Below the pieces are notes generated by a model. The model saw nothing but the letters and a program-made list of their open reading frames with translations. It had not been told where the DNA came from and did not search any database. This document shows positions 11,463 to 22,942 of a stretch of DNA of 64,000 nucleotides, piece after piece; the first letter of the stretch is position 1, and every line of letters starts with the position of its first letter. The DNA is from Fonticula alba ATCC 38817 (taxonomy: Eukaryota; Protista; Nucleariida), in the NCBI GenBank assembly GCA_000388065.2, contig KB932201.1; one strand, written 5' to 3'. A program made the translations under genes and the position numbers.

Positions 11463-14400
11463 GATGCCAACGTCAAGGATCCGGATCGCGGGAGAGTGGG
11501 GGAGGGGGGCTATGCGCGCGCGCACACACACACACACTCACACACGCTCGGATACAGACAGACACACACACACACAGGGGGAGGGACTGCATCGGTGACA
11601 AGGGCGGAAAGAGAGCGCATGGGTGGGTGGAGGGGAGTGGTGAGCGGCGGCATGGTCGGTCGAGATCCGGGCAGATCGGCCAGCTGACGCACCGGACACA
11701 AGTGGTGGCCTCCTTCTTTCGGATGGGAGCCGGCGCGTGGCACTATCTCTCTTTCTCTCGTGCTTGGTCTCTCGGGCTCTCTCTCTCTCTCTTTCGCGAG
11801 GGCGCGAGCGCGAACGCGCACCGGGAAGGGGAGCGGGGGTGCGCCTTCGGCCTGCACGAGGGAGGGGAGGGAGGCAGGCGGTGTCGCAGGCGGGGGCGGG
11901 GGGAAGGGCGGGCAGTAGGGAGGAGAGAGGGGGCGGAACAGGAGGGTGGGGTGGGGGGGCAAAGAGTAGTGGTGGGTGGCGGAAGGGGGCAGGCAGGGCA
12001 GGCGGATCGGCAAGGGGGGGGGGGATGGAGAGATTAGGTGCCGGCGATGGGCCGGCGGGCCCCGGGCTGCTCCCTGGCCTCTGATTTAGGCATCGGGCGC
12101 GGACCGACCAGGGGCCAGGGCGACCCCGGGAAAGGGGCTGAGGCCCAGGCGGGTCGCTGGCCACCATGGCTGAGGGCCACGACGGTCAAGCCAGCTGGCG
12201 GGAGCGGGGGGGGGGGGGGCGGCGGCAGAGGGGGAACAGACCAGCCACCAGGGGAGCCCACGGCGCCTGGTGGGGAGACTCGCCGGGCAAATGCATGCAC
12301 ACGCGTACGCACTCGGAGAGGGAGTTGTGGCAGCGGGGTCTGAAGGCGCCGGCAAGCAATGCGCTCGCGCGTGCACACACACACACACACAGGCACAAGG
12401 GCAGCTGCAAGGAGAGTTAATAAGCCCTGGCCAGGCATTGGGCGAGCATCTGTCGGTGGTCTCCTCAAAGCCACAGCCACTCGGGCTTCCAAACGGCAGA
12501 CCGAAGTACGTGCGTTCCGTGGCGGCGGCCCGGCGGCTGCGGCTCCCCCCCCCCCGCCGGAGGGCGGTGGCACGGTCGGGACCGGTGGCTCGCGCTGCAA
12601 CTCATGGGTGGAAAAGCCCCAGCAGGGGGGGGAAGGGGGAACCGACCGAGCGAGGATGCCCCCGGATGACCGGTGCACCCACAAGTAGCCGGCTTGGCCC
12701 CCATGTTGCGGAGCTCGCATTCTCGCCCTCCCACACACACGCACCGGCCCCTTGGCTCTCGGGTGTGTTGTGCAAAAGTGCTTGTAACGTTGGGTATGCA
12801 AGTGTACGTATGTATCTTTTTGCATGGGTACATGGGTGTGTCGGGGTGGACAGGCGGGCGGGGATCCATCCATCGCAGACATCCTCCCTACGGTAATGGG
12901 ATCGCGAGGCCAGCCGTGTGTCCGTCCCTCCCCGGCATGCCGGCCGAAGCGCGCATGCGAACCCCTGCGAGACGGGCCCAGCCCTGTCCGGAAGGGCCGG
13001 AGGCGAGAGGATTAAGCCACGCGCCGGCAATGGCCAGACCATCGAAGCGCGCCGGCCGGAGCACGGCCGCCCCTCCTTGCTGCTCGCCCCCCCCCCCCCC
13101 GGTCCGGACGTTGCGGCCGCCCAAGCGACCACGGGCCACGGCTGAGGTCCCGACATGCACACTGCGGGTGACCCCTTGACCCTCGACCCCCGGCCCCCCC
13201 CCCCCGGCCCCCGGGCTCCGAGTTCCCGTGCCGGCTCCCCGGCCGGAAGAGGTTGGAGTCGCGCGGACAGCTCTCAGGACGCTCAGGAGCCTGAGGGGAC
13301 ATGGCTGACAGACGCCTATGCGTCCTCACCGGCAACCGGGGCCCACCCCGGGGAGGACACATTGGGCGCCCTGGACACGGGCGCCCATGTCCCAATCGTC
13401 CGGGGAAACGAGGCATTCGGTGGTCCAAGGGGGGGCGGCATCAGGAACTCACACCGGATTCCCCCCTCCCCGCCCACCGCCGCCCCCGTGCCCCTGCCCC
13501 GACCTACCCGGCGGCGAAAAGCACCCCACTCCCGGGGGGAAGCGGGGGGGGGGGGCGAGAAAGGGGGATCACACTCTGTCCTCCCCCCCCCCCCNNNNNN
13601 NNNNNNNNNNNNNNNNNNNNNNNNNNNNNNNNNNNNNNNNNNNNNNNNNNNNNNNNNNNNNNNNNNNNNNNNNNNNNNNNNNNNNNNNNNNNGGGTGGAA
13701 AAGCCCCAGCAGGGGGGGGAAGGGGGAACAACAACCCGCACCCCCCCCCCCCCCCCCCAAACCGATGGGCCTGCCAGCCAGGTAGGAGGGGCCAGGTCCC
13801 GCGGCGGGTCTCGCCTCCTTCAGGGGGAGCCGCTCCCCCTGGTGTGTGTGTGTGTGTGTGTGCATGTCGGAGCATGCTGGAGCGGGATGGTAGAGGGGGA
13901 TGGCAGGCCGGTACCTGGCCCATGCGCGGCACCTACGGCGCCTTGGGCACCGGGCCGCCGCCACTTGGCAAGGGGCCGGTGGCAAGCGTAAACTAAACCT
14001 CATCCCAGGAGAATAATGAGAGCATGCGTATATGTGTGTGTGGGTATGTATGCCCGCGCGCAGGTATGCATGCCAGCGGCTCATGCACGAACCGCCAGCC
14101 TCTCCTGCTTGGACTTGCCTCGAGATGTTGCCATAGCGATCTTGCCCTTTGCCGTGGAGCCGCGGGCGCCCTTCCCACCCCGGGACATGCCGGGGAAAAT
14201 GAAAGTGCGACGACTTGCGGCGGGGGCCGGCCGCTTGCCCGGCCCGGGGTGGGCTTTCGGGAAACAACCAGGCAAGCGGGCCTCGGGCAGAGACGGGCAG
14301 GCCGACGTCCGCGGCTTAGGGGACCCCTCGCCGGAGGGAGGACCGATGCCTGGACGCAGTCCCGCCGGGGGATGAGCGTGCGCGGGTGTGTCCGCCAAGC

Positions 14401-17116
14401 GGGCGCGCATGCGGGGCCGGCTGCGAGCACATGGGCGAGAGCGTGGGGCGGGAGGGGGAGGGGGGGCGGGGGCAGCTGAGTGACCGGCCCCGACCACGTC
14501 CCGAGGGTGGGAAAAGACCCCGAGACGAGGGACGATGGGAAGGTGTGTCCCTGGCTCCCGGGCGTCCGACCGTCCCCGGCGCCCCGCCCGCCCCCCGGGA
14601 AGCGACTTGGAGAAGAACAACCGGCCTGAATATGGAGAATGGGCGACCCGGGATCTGGTAGTGTGTCCCCAACCCGGCTACACCAAACAAAGGTCGCTAT
14701 GTTCGTCGCCCCTCGGGGGGGGGGGCGCGGAAGAGAAGGAGGGCGTTGGAGTTAGCCCGGGCGCAGTCCGCCGGCCCATCTCACAAGCCCGGAGGGCGCC
14801 TTTGTCCTTGCTGGAGGAATGCGGCGGGCGTTTCCAGGGGAGGGCTCTTACGGGAAGGGGAGGGGGGGGGGCTACAGCCGGCAAAAGCACCCGACCGGCG
14901 GGGTAATCCATTCAAAATACGCAATATTTATTCCCCAGTAGCGGAGGCAAGGTATGCAGCAAATGCATGATGGGCTCCGTGGATGGTCCTCCCTGGAGCG
15001 GGCCTTTGGGGCTCGAGCTCCATCGGGGGCGCGAGTGAGTGATATTCTGCGGGGGACATCTGGCGCGAGGGCGCCCTCAGGGGAGGGGTGTGTGTGTGTG
15101 TGTGTGTGTGCATGTGTGCTCCTCGCTGAGAAGGGACCGGCAGGGAGCGGGAGCAGGGTCTTCCAGGAAACCGCGGCCCCAGGGGCACACAGGCCTGACA
15201 CGGGCGGGCGCGGGGGGGGGGGGGGGGGAGGGGCGCGTTGCTTTTTCTCTCGCGCGGATCTAGCGACTACTCCCTTCGGCCGCGCCAGCCTCCGATCCCC
15301 CCTTGGCCGGCCGACGGCCGGGCTGGGCGCACGTGCGTGTGCTCCATCCCGCCTCTGCCGGCGGGTGGCCTCCAGCACTCGTCCGGACGGGCGCGTGCCG
15401 GAAGCGTTGCCTCCCCCCCCCCCCCAGCGTCCATTGCCCCCCTCTTGAGGGGGTGGTAAGGCCCCCAAGATGGTTGAGCGGCTGGCGCATGCCGATTCCT
15501 CGAAAATGACTGGCCGAGTCGGTGGCGGGCGGGCGGGAGTACGCGACTGCCAGAGCCCCTGGGACACACAGCATGTCGGCACCCTGGGCGGGCCGGCCCA
15601 TGCGCCACAAAGGGCAACACCAAAGGGCAGGACACGGGAGCAAGAAAGGGAAGAAGGAAAAGCCCGACTCCCTCGCCAAAAGCCCGGGGGGGGGGGGGGG
15701 GGGGGGGGGGCCATGCAGGACCACCCCGTCCTCCGTGGCATATTGTGAAATGGGCGCCGGCGGTCAGGCCGGTAGTTGAATTTCGGATAGCAGACCACCC
15801 TACGGGGACTGAGGGGCGCGGCGGCGCGGCGGGGGGGGGAGCACCCCCGATGCTCGAGGCCTCGCACCTGACGCTGGTCCTCCTGTGTGCGCGGCTCCGT
15901 CGCGCACGCTGATGTTGGTCCCTGCGCCGACACGGCGGGGGCATGGCCCAGCCTGGCCCTCTCGCCTGGCTGCAGAAGGGTGGGGCCATCTGCCCCTCTT
16001 CGGGGGAAGGGAGAGGCATGCCGCCAAACAGCATGGCGACTCGTGGGCCGGTCCGCGGCGAGCTGGCTCGCCCCCACCCTGCCGCAGGACCCGATAAACA
16101 AAGACCCCAGCTCCGGCGGACCCATCGCGCCCGACCACCGGTCCTCCCCCCCCCCCCCCCCCCCGTGGTTGGAGATGACCCTGCCCCCCCCCCAATCCCC
16201 CCGCCGCTCGGGGCCCCATGCAGGGACAACGGCGGGATGACCCCCTCCCCGTCCCCCGCCCCCCACGGCACCCAGCGCGGTGTGGCCTGTCTTCCGCCCA
16301 AGACCCGGGGCCGAAGCCCCTCACGGTGGCCGGGCGATCGGCAGCCTTTTTTCCGACAGGGCGCCGCGTCCCCGACAGGCCGGGCGCTATCGACTCCGCC
16401 CCCTCCCCTGGTCAGAGGAAAACTCACCGGAGAGTCTTGTGCGAGAGAACGAGAGGGAGAGAGAGAGAGAAGACCCCGGCGAGGGCGTACCCAGAGTGCA
16501 TGCCAGGTGCGGGGGAGGGGGCGGGGGGGGGAAAGTTGCTTCGCCCGCGGCATGGCTTCCCCCTCGGCCTGCATCTTGGGGGGAAAATTCGCCAGCCGTA
16601 CATCGTCTCGACCCCTCTTTGACCAAAGGCCACTTATGCCGTCCCGCCAGGAGGCAGGCCGAGCCCCGAAGGGTACAACACACCCGTGCCCCTTGCATGA
16701 ATCAAAATGCGGGGGCGGCCGCAAGGAGGCAATATCGCCCACCGCCCGCCCCCCCCCCCCGGGCGTCTGGTCAGGGGGCTGCAGCCGAGGCGCTCCTGTC
16801 ACAAATCGCCCTGCCAAGAGGGATCACCTGGCACATGCGACACCCGCACCCACATCACGTTCGACTGTACTCCGGCCCCCTTTTTTGTCTGGGTCTGTCC
16901 CCGAACGCGCGTATGTGCGCGCCGTGCCGCACCCCCCCCCCTCGCCTCTTGGCCATCCCCAGAGAAGAGAGAGGCATAGCCGGAAAAAGGAAAAAGAGCC
17001 ACCGACGTGGTCACAGCCACAGCCTGGGCCCCAGTTCTCTTACTCCCCCCCTCCTCTCTTCTTGCCCCTCTCTCCCCCCCCCCCGCTTTCCCTCCCCGCC
17101 CCCCTGGTTCTCGACA

Positions 17117-17455
17117 ATGTCGTCAGTGGAGCCCTCAACTCCCTCGTCCCAGGCTCCGGCGTACGCTTCCGAAGTCAGCGTTGTCCACAGTGAGGCCCTC
17201 TTGCGGAGGTACCCCTCCCCGCCGGCTCCCCCTTCGCTGGAGGGAGCCATTGCCACGCTCTTCGATCCGGCCGATCCTTCCTACCGTGCGGCCCCGGTGG
17301 ACTTCCCCTACGGTGTCCCACGTTGGAGCAAATCCCGGCAGCAGTGTGTCTCGACCAAGCCCTTCCCCCAGGGCTTCCGAGTTCAGGCCGACCCGGACGA
17401 AGTGGACGTCCCGGATGCCGGGCCGGCTGCCGCTTCCACCGGCGCCCGGTCCTAG
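17117..17455 (+). CDS. Hypothetical 112-aa protein (single exon), no recognised family
   Basis: ATG..TAG ORF (MSSVEPSTPSS...PVDFPYGVPRWSKSRQQCVSTKPFPQGFRVQ...TGARS). Codon usage resembles neighbouring genes. It is preceded by a polypyrimidine 5' tract like those before CHMP5 and NRDE2, and followed by an A-rich stretch at 17545-17572. No homology recognised. Confidence 0.45.
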   Translation: MSSVEPSTPSSQAPAYASEVSVVHSEALLRRYPSPPAPPSLEGAIATLFDPADPSYRAAPVDFPYGVPRWSKSRQQCVSTKPFPQGFRVQADPDEVDVPDAGPAAASTGARS

Positions 17456-18572
17456 TGTCGTATCCCGCCGTCGCGGTGCTGACCCGGAGGCGTTCGTCCT
17501 TCCTCTTCCCCCTGACTCTCTTCCTCTCGGTCTCCGCAATGGCAAAATGATAAAAGAAAATAGAATAGAAACTCTCCGATCGTCCGCCCAGTTTTTCTTC
17601 CCGCCATCCGATTGAGAGAGAGCGCCAGCAGAGGGCAAGGTGGAAAGAGATGTGGGGCAGGAGGGCACCCGGAAAGTGCCAACGCCCATGAGGTCACAAC
17701 GGACCCCAATCACACCACTGTCCACATGCCCGCAGCACGGCATTTCCGAGCATTCCGCAGGCTTTCCCCTTTTGGCGGTCGCCTCGACGACCTCCAGTTC
17801 CGGGGCCGATCAACACCGTTCAAGAGGGTTGGAATGGGGCGGCGAGGCGCGCGGGGGGCGGCACGGAGAACGTAGGTGTGTGTGAAGAAAGAAAGAAAGA
17901 GCGAGAGAAGCAGAAACGGAGGGCGCGCCAATCATCCCCCGGCGCCGGTACCCGAGGCTGGGCATAGACTCCGGGGCCTGGGGGCCATCGCACAAGCGGG
18001 GCTACATGAGTCTTGAGCGCGCTGCCTGATGTTACCGGAACTCTCTACTCTATGAGGTGGCATGCCGGAGGCGCAAAACACCCCGCCCCCCTTCCAGGAG
18101 AAGTCTACCCAATCGGCGGGTCTTCGGATGCGGCCGCCAGGCGCCATTCATGGGAGGGCACCAGGGAGCGTGTCTTCATCCCCCCCCCCCCTCCGTTCTC
18201 CCTGCCGAGATAGGAAGAGCCGATCAGGGACGGGCGGAGGAGGGCCCACCTCTTCACCCTTGCTGGCGTCCGTGGCTGGATGTCGTCCTGGCCGGGGGGG
18301 GGGGTCTCCGCGGGGCGCCTGCCTTGGCGCATTCCCCTGGCCGATTACAGGCCGGCAGTTTCTCTCTCAGACTGGAAAGTAGAGGGGGGTGGAGGGGGGG
18401 GGCATCTGTCGCACAGTTTGGTTCAAAGCAAGCCTACGTCCCACCGGGCCCACCCCGGCTGCTACCCATGCACACCTCATTTCTCTCCCTCCCCCCTCCC
18501 CCCCCCGCGTTTTTCTCCCCTTCGTCGTTCTCCCTTCCCTCCTTTCCCTCCTTTCCCTGGGCTCCTCGCATC

Positions 18573-18948
18573 ATGAACCGCATCTTCGGAAGCAGCAGCA
18601 GCGCGGCCAAGGCTCCGCCCCCTTCGGCCGCCGACACTGTCAATCGGGTGCGCCTGCTGTCTCTTCCCCTGGGCCGATTGCCTGCCCAGCCCTCTTGCCC
18701 TGGGGCAACACCCACGCCTGACCGTTTGTCTTTCCGCTCCCCTTGCTGGCCACGCGCGCCGCATCTAGCTTGAGTCTCGGGCCGATGTTATTCAGGTGAA
18801 GATCGACAAGATTGACGCTGAGCTGAAGACCATCCAGACGCGTCTGTCCAAGATGACCGAGGGCTCGGCCAAGGTGCGTTTAACTCGCTGCTCCTGTCTT
18901 CCCCCTGCCCCCGCCCTCTGCTCCTCTGAAACGTGCATATTCACCGCC

Positions 18949-18986
<38 letters not shown>

Positions 18987-19739
18987 CCCCCCCCCTCTCG
19001 GCCTCTCTTACTGCGAATCCCCACAGCAACAACTCAAAAACAAGGCTATCATGCTGATTCGCCAGAAGCGCGGGTGCGTATGCATCTCCCTTGCTGATGT
19101 GTTTCCTCGGCTTCGCGCGCCTCTCCTTGTCTTGTGTCAACCCGCCATCCATCTCACCTTCTTCTCTTCGACCGATCTCGTCTCTCTCTTTCTCTCCCTC
19201 TTTTTCTCCTCCTTTCTCTCCCTCTCGTTCTCTCTCTTTTCTTGGACTCTCTTCCCTTCCTCTCCTCCCTCTCCCTTCAGATACGAGCAGCAGAAGAACT
19301 CCATGCTCCAGACGGCCTTCAGCGTGGACCAGGTTCAGATGACCACCGAGAACCTTCGCCTCACCATCGACACGGTACGCTCTCCGCATGTGGCCCGCAC
19401 CGCTTCGACCTCCCGTCTCTTTCTCGACCAACCCCCCACTCACTCTTCTGTTTCCGGTGGTGATCGGGGCTCACTCGCTTCCCCACAAACAGGCCCAGAC
19501 CATGAAGCAGACTGCCAAGGACATGAAGCGTGAGTACAAGCGCCTCGATATCAACAAGATCGAGGCCATCCAGGACGACCTGCAGGACATGATGGACCAG
19601 GCCAACGAGATCCAAGAGATCATGGGCCGTGGGTATGATGTGCCGGATTACATCGATGAGGCCGATCTCGAATCGGGTGCGTGTGGTTCTCCCTTCCTCC
19701 TCCCTTCCCCCCCCCCCCCCCCCCCCCCNNNNNNNNNNC

Positions 19740-19792
<53 letters not shown>

Positions 19793-20117
19793 CTTTCTTC
19801 CTATCCTCAGGGGCTGCACCCATCTCCTTCTCTGCATCTGCCTTGCTTCATCTTTTCTCACACCCATCGCGCCGGGTTCGATCTCTCTGCTGCACTTGCT
19901 CTTCCTCCCCCCCCCCCCCCCCCCCCATGGGTTCGATCTCTCTGCAGAGCTTGCCGGCCTTGGGGATACCCTCTTCGAGGACGCCGACGGCCTGCCCTCC
20001 TACCTGACCGAGAGCCTCCCGGCGCCCGCTTCCGGCACGATTGGGCTAGACAACGCCACCAAGGAGGGCCAGGCGGCGCAGCCGGCCACCGGGGAGCGTT
20101 TGCCCCAGCTGGTGTGA
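18573..20117 (+). CDS. CHMP5: ESCRT-III accessory subunit CHMP5/Vps60 (Snf7 family); exons 18573-18647, 18769-18873, 19027-19073, 19281-19374, 19493-19676, 19948-20117
   Basis: Spliced product MNRIFG..KAPPPS..LESRADVIQVKIDKIDAEL..MTEGSAKQQLKNKAIMLIRQKRGYEQQKNSM..IEAIQDDLQDMMDQANEIQE..GYDVP..IDEADLESELAGLGD follows the CHMP5 pattern. All junctions are GT-AG and in phase. Confidence 0.93.
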
Positions 20118-21080
20118 TCATACACACGTGACACACCATCCAATACTACGACTTCAGCACACAAGCTATTTGCAGGGGCCAACGTATGGGCGGGCTTTTT
20201 CTCTTTCGCGGGCGTGTGGCGCGCCTTGGTGATCCCGGATTTCGAGCGCAGTTCCGGGCGTCGGGCGTGGGCTCCTTTTCGTGTGTCCCCCCGCCCTGCG
20301 ATCGACTCTTTTCCGGGGAGGGGATGCGGGCGTGGTGGATATCGAGCCCGAATATGAAAGCCGCATTGATTGGCGGCGGGCTACATGCGCGGGCAAAGGG
20401 CCAGCCCCTTTCTGCGGCTTCTCTCGAAGCACTCGTGCCGGTGGGGCAGCCAGAGGCCTGGCCTCTTGGAGAGGCACCCCTTCGCGGGTCGTTCTTTTGT
20501 CCGGCGGCAAGCGGGGTCGTGCCGGGGAACAGGAGAGCCGGGGGCTCACCGCCGGCTGGGCCTGCGAGCAATGTGCGTGTTGGGTACGAATCGCCGGTCG
20601 GGGTTGCCGCGTGCGCGCGCGCGCGCGTGTGTGTGTGGTGTCATTTTGCCTCTCCCTTGGTCCTCCCGGGTGCCCAGGCCGGAAGGCGTGCCCCCCAGGG
20701 AGAAGCACCTCCGGTTCTCAGTATGTCGGACAACAGGCACCCCGACATCCGCCGGCGAATGTGCGAGCGCGGGCGCGGCGCCACCTTCGGTAATATATCT
20801 CCCATCCAAAGGGGGGGTCCCGGTTGCCTCATTCGCCCGGGGCAATTCCTCAGGGACTGGGAGTTGGCAAGGCTGGCCCCGGGAATAATACGGATAACCC
20901 TCGGCGCCCCGGGGGTTCTGGCCTCCTTCCGTGGGCCCCGACTTTCGACTGGTCGGCGAGGCACGCTTCGCTGTTGCCTGCCTCGCACCACCCCCCCTCC
21001 TCCAGCTCTCTCTCTCTCTCTCTCTCTCTCGCCCTGTCTCTGTCTCTGTCTCTCTCTCTCCCTGTTTCTCCGTCTCTCTG

Positions 21081-21128
<48 letters not shown>

Positions 21129-22625
21129 CCTGGGCCTTTGGGGCTGGGACAGCCCCTAGAAGGTCGCGTATAGCGGCGGCTACGGCGGCCGCGGCCAAAG
21201 AAGGGCCCTGGGAAGACGGGCGCTGGGTGCCGACGGACAGATGCCTCTTGCGGCCCGGCCGATATGCCCCTTCCCGTGCTATATGAACAAATATCACCGG
21301 GGGCCGGCCCAGGGGCTGCCTGGTATGGTGGGCCCCACTGGCGACGGGTGGGCTTCGGCGCCGATCCAGCCTTTGCCCGATCTGGCCACCGCTGCTCGGG
21401 AGGGGCTGACCCCCATGGGGTGCCAAAGACCCGTGCCTACCCAGGGGGACTGCGCTCCGCGTGCTCGGGCCGAGGGGGGGGGTGGGGGGGGGGCGGCAGG
21501 GGCGCAGCCCGGTGGGGCCCAGGAGCGTGCAGGGGGGTCTCTCCCTCTCGCGCTTGCGCGTGTGCGGGGTGTTCTCGAGCGGAGGTGGGGGTGGGGAGGG
21601 GGTCCGGCCACGGCCAGCTACCAACATTCTCTTGGCCGGCCGGGGGAGGGGGGCTTCTTCGCAGCGCAGGGGCGGTCGGGCGTCGAAGGGGGGACGGGGC
21701 CCGCGGCGTCCTTCGGCCGAGGACGCAGGCGCGGGTATCGGTGTGGGGGTTGCCTGCCGCGGGGAGGGACCGAGCACGTATGGTTCCACGCACCCTGGAG
21801 AGGCATGGGGGGGGGGGGAGCCCAGACCATCTCTGCACGGCAGAAACTTTCTGCCCCTGTCCACCCTGCCAGCCTCCCGCGCGCTCTTGCGCTCCCACGG
21901 CTGGGTGAAGACCGCGTGCACAGGGGGTGCCCCCGGGTGTTCGGCGGGGCCTGGCGCCGCAAGAGACGCACCCAAGCGGAGGGGCTCACCTTCCTATCCT
22001 GCGCTTCCCCGCGCTTCCTTGCTTCCCTGCTGTTGGTCGGGTTCAGGGAGAAAGGGTTAATTGGCTGGGCCTGACCCCGCGGCGAACATTTCCACCCATG
22101 AGTAAGCCCGGAAGAGCCTGTGAGCCTCGACCCATCAAGAATCGGCCCGCCCGCCCGCCCACGGCGGGGGGGGGGGAAAAACACCCGAATCGTTGGGCTA
22201 ATGAGCGTCTGAAGATGTATTTGTGCGCGCCCTTATGGATGAATGTCACTCTCGCCACTGGGACGCGGGGGGGGGGGGGGTATGTGGGGGCTCGTTCACG
22301 CACTTGCTCCCCAAATGAAAGACAAATGGGTTGGCCCTGGGCCACGGATGCTGGTGTTCTGTTCGGGACACCGCTGATTACGGGCAAGCACCTTCCCGCC
22401 GGCGGAAACGAGCCTCGTCCCAGCGTGCCCCATTCTCCCCCACCCCGGAGAACCGCCCTACAACGGGCAAACAATAGCTCGCCACATGGGCGCGCCGCAC
22501 TTGCAGGGGGCAAACCCGTTCCCGCGCGACCTGGTCCCGCCTGTGGTCAGGGGACATGGGCACGGCAAAAATAACACCGCGGCGTGTTCCTCCCAATTCC
22601 CCCTCTCGTGGGATGTTGGGTCTGT

Positions 22626-22703
<78 letters not shown>

Positions 22704-22942
22704 GTGTGTGGCTTGTGGGGCTCGTGGTACGAGAGGGGCAGCCCGCCGTGCGTCGCATAAATCCGGCGAGGCATATATCTGGCTCCCCCCCAGCTCCCCA
22801 ACAGTCACAGTCCAAGGCAGATCCCTTTCCACCCATTTGTGTCCCCCCTCTCCATTTTGGCATCCTCCTTCCCGTCTGTGTCCCGGAGTGTTCCCAAAGA
22901 CCCCCTTCTCGGCTGTCCGTACTCAGCCCCCTCTCCTACCCA

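Noticed and set aside
11538-17000. Numerous 100-500-aa G/P/R-rich ORFs in the intergenic region
   Set aside because: Their composition follows homopolymer and microsatellite runs. They have no protein motifs and no consistent splice structure.
19870-19945. GGTTCGATC resembling a tRNA T-loop (twice)
   Set aside because: No D-arm, anticodon arm or acceptor stem. It lies in a CHMP5 intron next to the acceptor.
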